Below, in pieces: positions 61,450 to 64,000 of a DNA stretch of 64,000 nt. The notes below the pieces were generated by a model. That model worked only from the letters and a program-made list of their open reading frames with translations. It was not told where the DNA came from and searched no databases. Each line of letters starts with the position of its first letter. Position 1 is the stretch's first letter. Made by a program: the position numbers and the translations under genes. Location: assembly GCA_048128005.1 (NCBI GenBank), contig JBEUKZ010000100.1, positions 248,001-312,000 on the forward strand. Reading direction: 5' to 3'. Origin of the DNA: Veleropilina oligotropha. Lineage: Eukaryota.

Positions 61450-62950
61450 AATTCCTTAATACACATCATCTGGCGTGTATCTCTATATGTCACTCAGACG
61501 CATGGTATTAGAACATATAACAGCTCTGCAGCTTAAAGTCTTCACGAAACACACCCCTATACAGAAACGCTAGAATTCCCTCTCCAGCCGTAACTGCAGC
61601 AAGATCCTTGCAGTATTGATTAGGATAATCTTTTAAAGATTATTGACAGAATCAACAACACAAAGTTTTATCCGATTATGTAGTTAGAAAGTTGCGGATG
61701 GAAAAACTGTTTCTGATAACACCAAAACACATGGCTGACTTGATTGCCCATTGACAGCTCGCTATAAAGAAAGACTCCAATATTATCACCGAGTCATAGA
61801 GAGTAATAATTGAAGATCCGGCAGTGAACGATGTGACTTCAGATCACTATCTTCTTGCTGTCCAACAATGTCGGACCCGAAGAGTATGGCTTCTGTTTTC
61901 TGATTGTTCAGCTTGAGCTTATTGGTTGCCATCCAAGCTTTCACTTCGTCATATGGCCCATATCACATCCAGGATGTGATATGGGCCATATGGCGAAGTG
62001 AAAGCCTGGATGGCAACTAATAAGCTCATGATGATCCACATATTAATGGAAATATCTACATCAGCAGAAATGACGGATTATTTAAAGAAATCAAAGAGTT
62101 GCGAGTTGTCAGCATAAAATTGGCGTTGAAGATTGTACTTTGCAACGACGTTACCGAGGGAGGTACTTGGTGTTGGGAGTGAAGAGAACGGTTCTTAGAA
62201 CAGAGCCTTGTCGGACTCCGCAATCTAAGCTGAAAGATGGTGTTAATGAATCATTAACTACAACCGACTGAGACCAGTTGCTCAGATATGAATGAGACCT
62301 GTCCAAGCCAGTCCCCTGATTCCGGACTGATCGTTAAGGCATAGAAACAAGTTGACTTGATCGATGGTATAAAATGCTGCGCCCAGACCAAACATCACAA
62401 GCAAGGACACTTGCCGTTTTCGATATTACAGCGAATGGCTCTGTCGATACGCTGATAGGGATGTTCTGAAAGTCGCTGACAAACTACCTTTTTGACTGTC
62501 TTTGAAAGGAAAGACATGTTATATACGGGTCTGTAGTGTTTAGTTCGTCTGAGTTTAGATTGGGCTTTTTTAGCAGAAGTTTGACAAATGCACTCTTTCA
62601 CAAAATATATCATGTGTGAATGTAGATCAGCACAATATCACAGAAGAACAAGCAGATCCGTATCTTCACTAATAGGGATAACAATTTTCACAATTTGTTA
62701 AATCTGCATCAACTGTAGTGAAATTATGAACAGTCGTCGCTGAGCTTCTGGCAAAGCAGATTGAAAACATTTTAGTTTATTCTTTATATTGCAATGTGGA
62801 GCAATCCCTTTTGTTAGTCGAATGTGCGTTACATCCTTTGTTGAAGGTCCTTGAGGATAGCCATTAAACAATGATGGCATCTCGATATTTAACACGTATT
62901 GGGGACTTGAATCGTCCTTTCAACTTGCCCGCATTTGCCCATTCTACCCC
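61450..62950 (-). pseudogene. Decayed L2/CR1-type LINE reverse transcriptase remnant
   Basis: Minus-strand fragments YRPVYNMSFLSKTVKKVV, GVRQGSVLRTVLF, YADNSQL and WMATNKLKLN..KTE; boundaries approximate. Confidence 0.75.
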
Positions 62951-63050
62951 AAATGGTGTCTGAAATTGCTGGTTTACTTGCCTCTCTTCGAAGACTAGGT
63001 GCCTCAAAAAGTGATGATGGAAAGTGCAGAGTTCATATTTGAAGGGGGTG

Positions 63051-63252
63051 GGGGGGCAGCATGGCTGAGTGGATACAGTGTTGGTCTACTAAATGGAAGG
63101 TCACCGGTTCAAGCCCTGGGAGTGCCGGAGATTTTTCCTATGATCGTTGCCTTCATTGCACCAATTCAACTCATCATTCAAAGATGAATGACCTGATTTA
63201 TAACTGAAATACTGTTGGCGTGGTCATTAAACATCAATTCATCATTATCATC
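63051..63252 (+). mobile_element. tRNA-derived SINE
   Basis: A-box TGGCTGAGTGG, B-box GGTTCAAGCCC and an ATC/ATT-rich tail. Confidence 0.6.
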
Positions 63253-63405
63253 GTATTTGAACATTTCAGATGTGTCATCAAATTTACCATTGGCAGCAGT
63301 AGTTAGACGTTGGAAGAGTGGTTTTGGATAAACATGAATTGTTTCTCTGTCAACTTTAGCAGTGTTTTGAGCTCATTATGATGCTCTGATTTGATTTCTT
63401 AACAT

Positions 63406-64000
63406 TGTACTCTAGTAGAGCATCCGCCATGACTGTTTGTACTCTAGTAGAGCATCCGCCATGACTGTTTGTATTCTAGTAGCGCATCCGCCATGACTGT
63501 TTGTACATTAGTAGAGCATCCGCCATGACTGTTTGTACTCTAGTAGAGCATCTGCCATGACTGTGTGTACTCTAGTAGAGCATCCGCCATAACTGTTTGT
63601 ACTCTAGTGGAGCATCTGCCATGACTGTTTGTACTCTAGTAGAGCATCCGCCATGACTGTTTGTGCTCTAGTAGAGCATCCGCCATGACTGTGTGTACTC
63701 TAGTAGATCATCCGCCATAACTGTTTGTATTCTAGTGGAGCATCCGCCATGACTGTTTGTACTCTAGTAGAGCATCCGCCATGACTGTTTGTACTCTAGT
63801 AGAGCATCCGCCATGACTGTTTGTACTCTAATAGAGCATCCGCCATGACTGTGTGTACTCCAGTAGAGCATCCGCCATAACTGTTTGTACTCTAGTGGAG
63901 CATCTGTCATAACTGTTTGTACTCTAGTAGAGCATCCGCCATGACTGTTTGTACTCTAGTAGAGCATCCGCCACGACTGTGTGTACTCTAGTAGAGCATC
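63406..64000. repeat. 32-bp satellite (CTCTAGTAGAGCATCCGCCATGACTGTTTGTA)n, continuing past the window end
   Basis: Direct inspection, more than 18 copies. Confidence 0.97.

Noticed and set aside
63051..63125. tRNA gene
   Set aside because: Has A and B boxes but I could not fold a convincing cloverleaf, and it continues into a SINE-like body and tail.
63288..63346. Possible upstream VWDE-like exon
   Set aside because: AG/GT-bounded and phase-compatible, but no recognisable motif, so unsupported.

Overview
Invertebrate animal genomic DNA (AT-rich, intron-rich; the repeat types suggest a mollusc or other marine invertebrate, which is an inference). Bases 1-6661 are the right arm of an endogenous Polinton/Maverick (adintovirus-like) virus element. 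It is GC-rich and intronless, with tightly packed intact ORFs: a major capsid-like ORF running off the window, a minor capsid/penton-like ORF, three membrane-associated ORFs (one with adjacent PSAP and LYPxL ESCRT-type motifs) and a Cys-rich signal-peptide ORF. It ends in a (CTG)n-CT terminus. From about 10.8 to 58.4 kb the minus strand carries 28 traceable exons of a large VWDE-like gene built from two tandem VWD/C8-like/EGF modules with matching exon sizes. Its introns hold a CR1/L2-type LINE inserted into a splice acceptor, a degenerate DIRS/Ngaro tyrosine-recombinase element, SINEs, TTAA-type MITEs, Helentron-like composite repeats, a Penelope-like fragment with a hammerhead ribozyme motif and several satellites, one of which amplifies an exon's splice donor about 37 times. 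A Tc1 DD34E transposon, a decayed LINE and a 32-bp satellite lie beyond 58.9 kb. All family assignments come from motif recognition by eye, not database searches.
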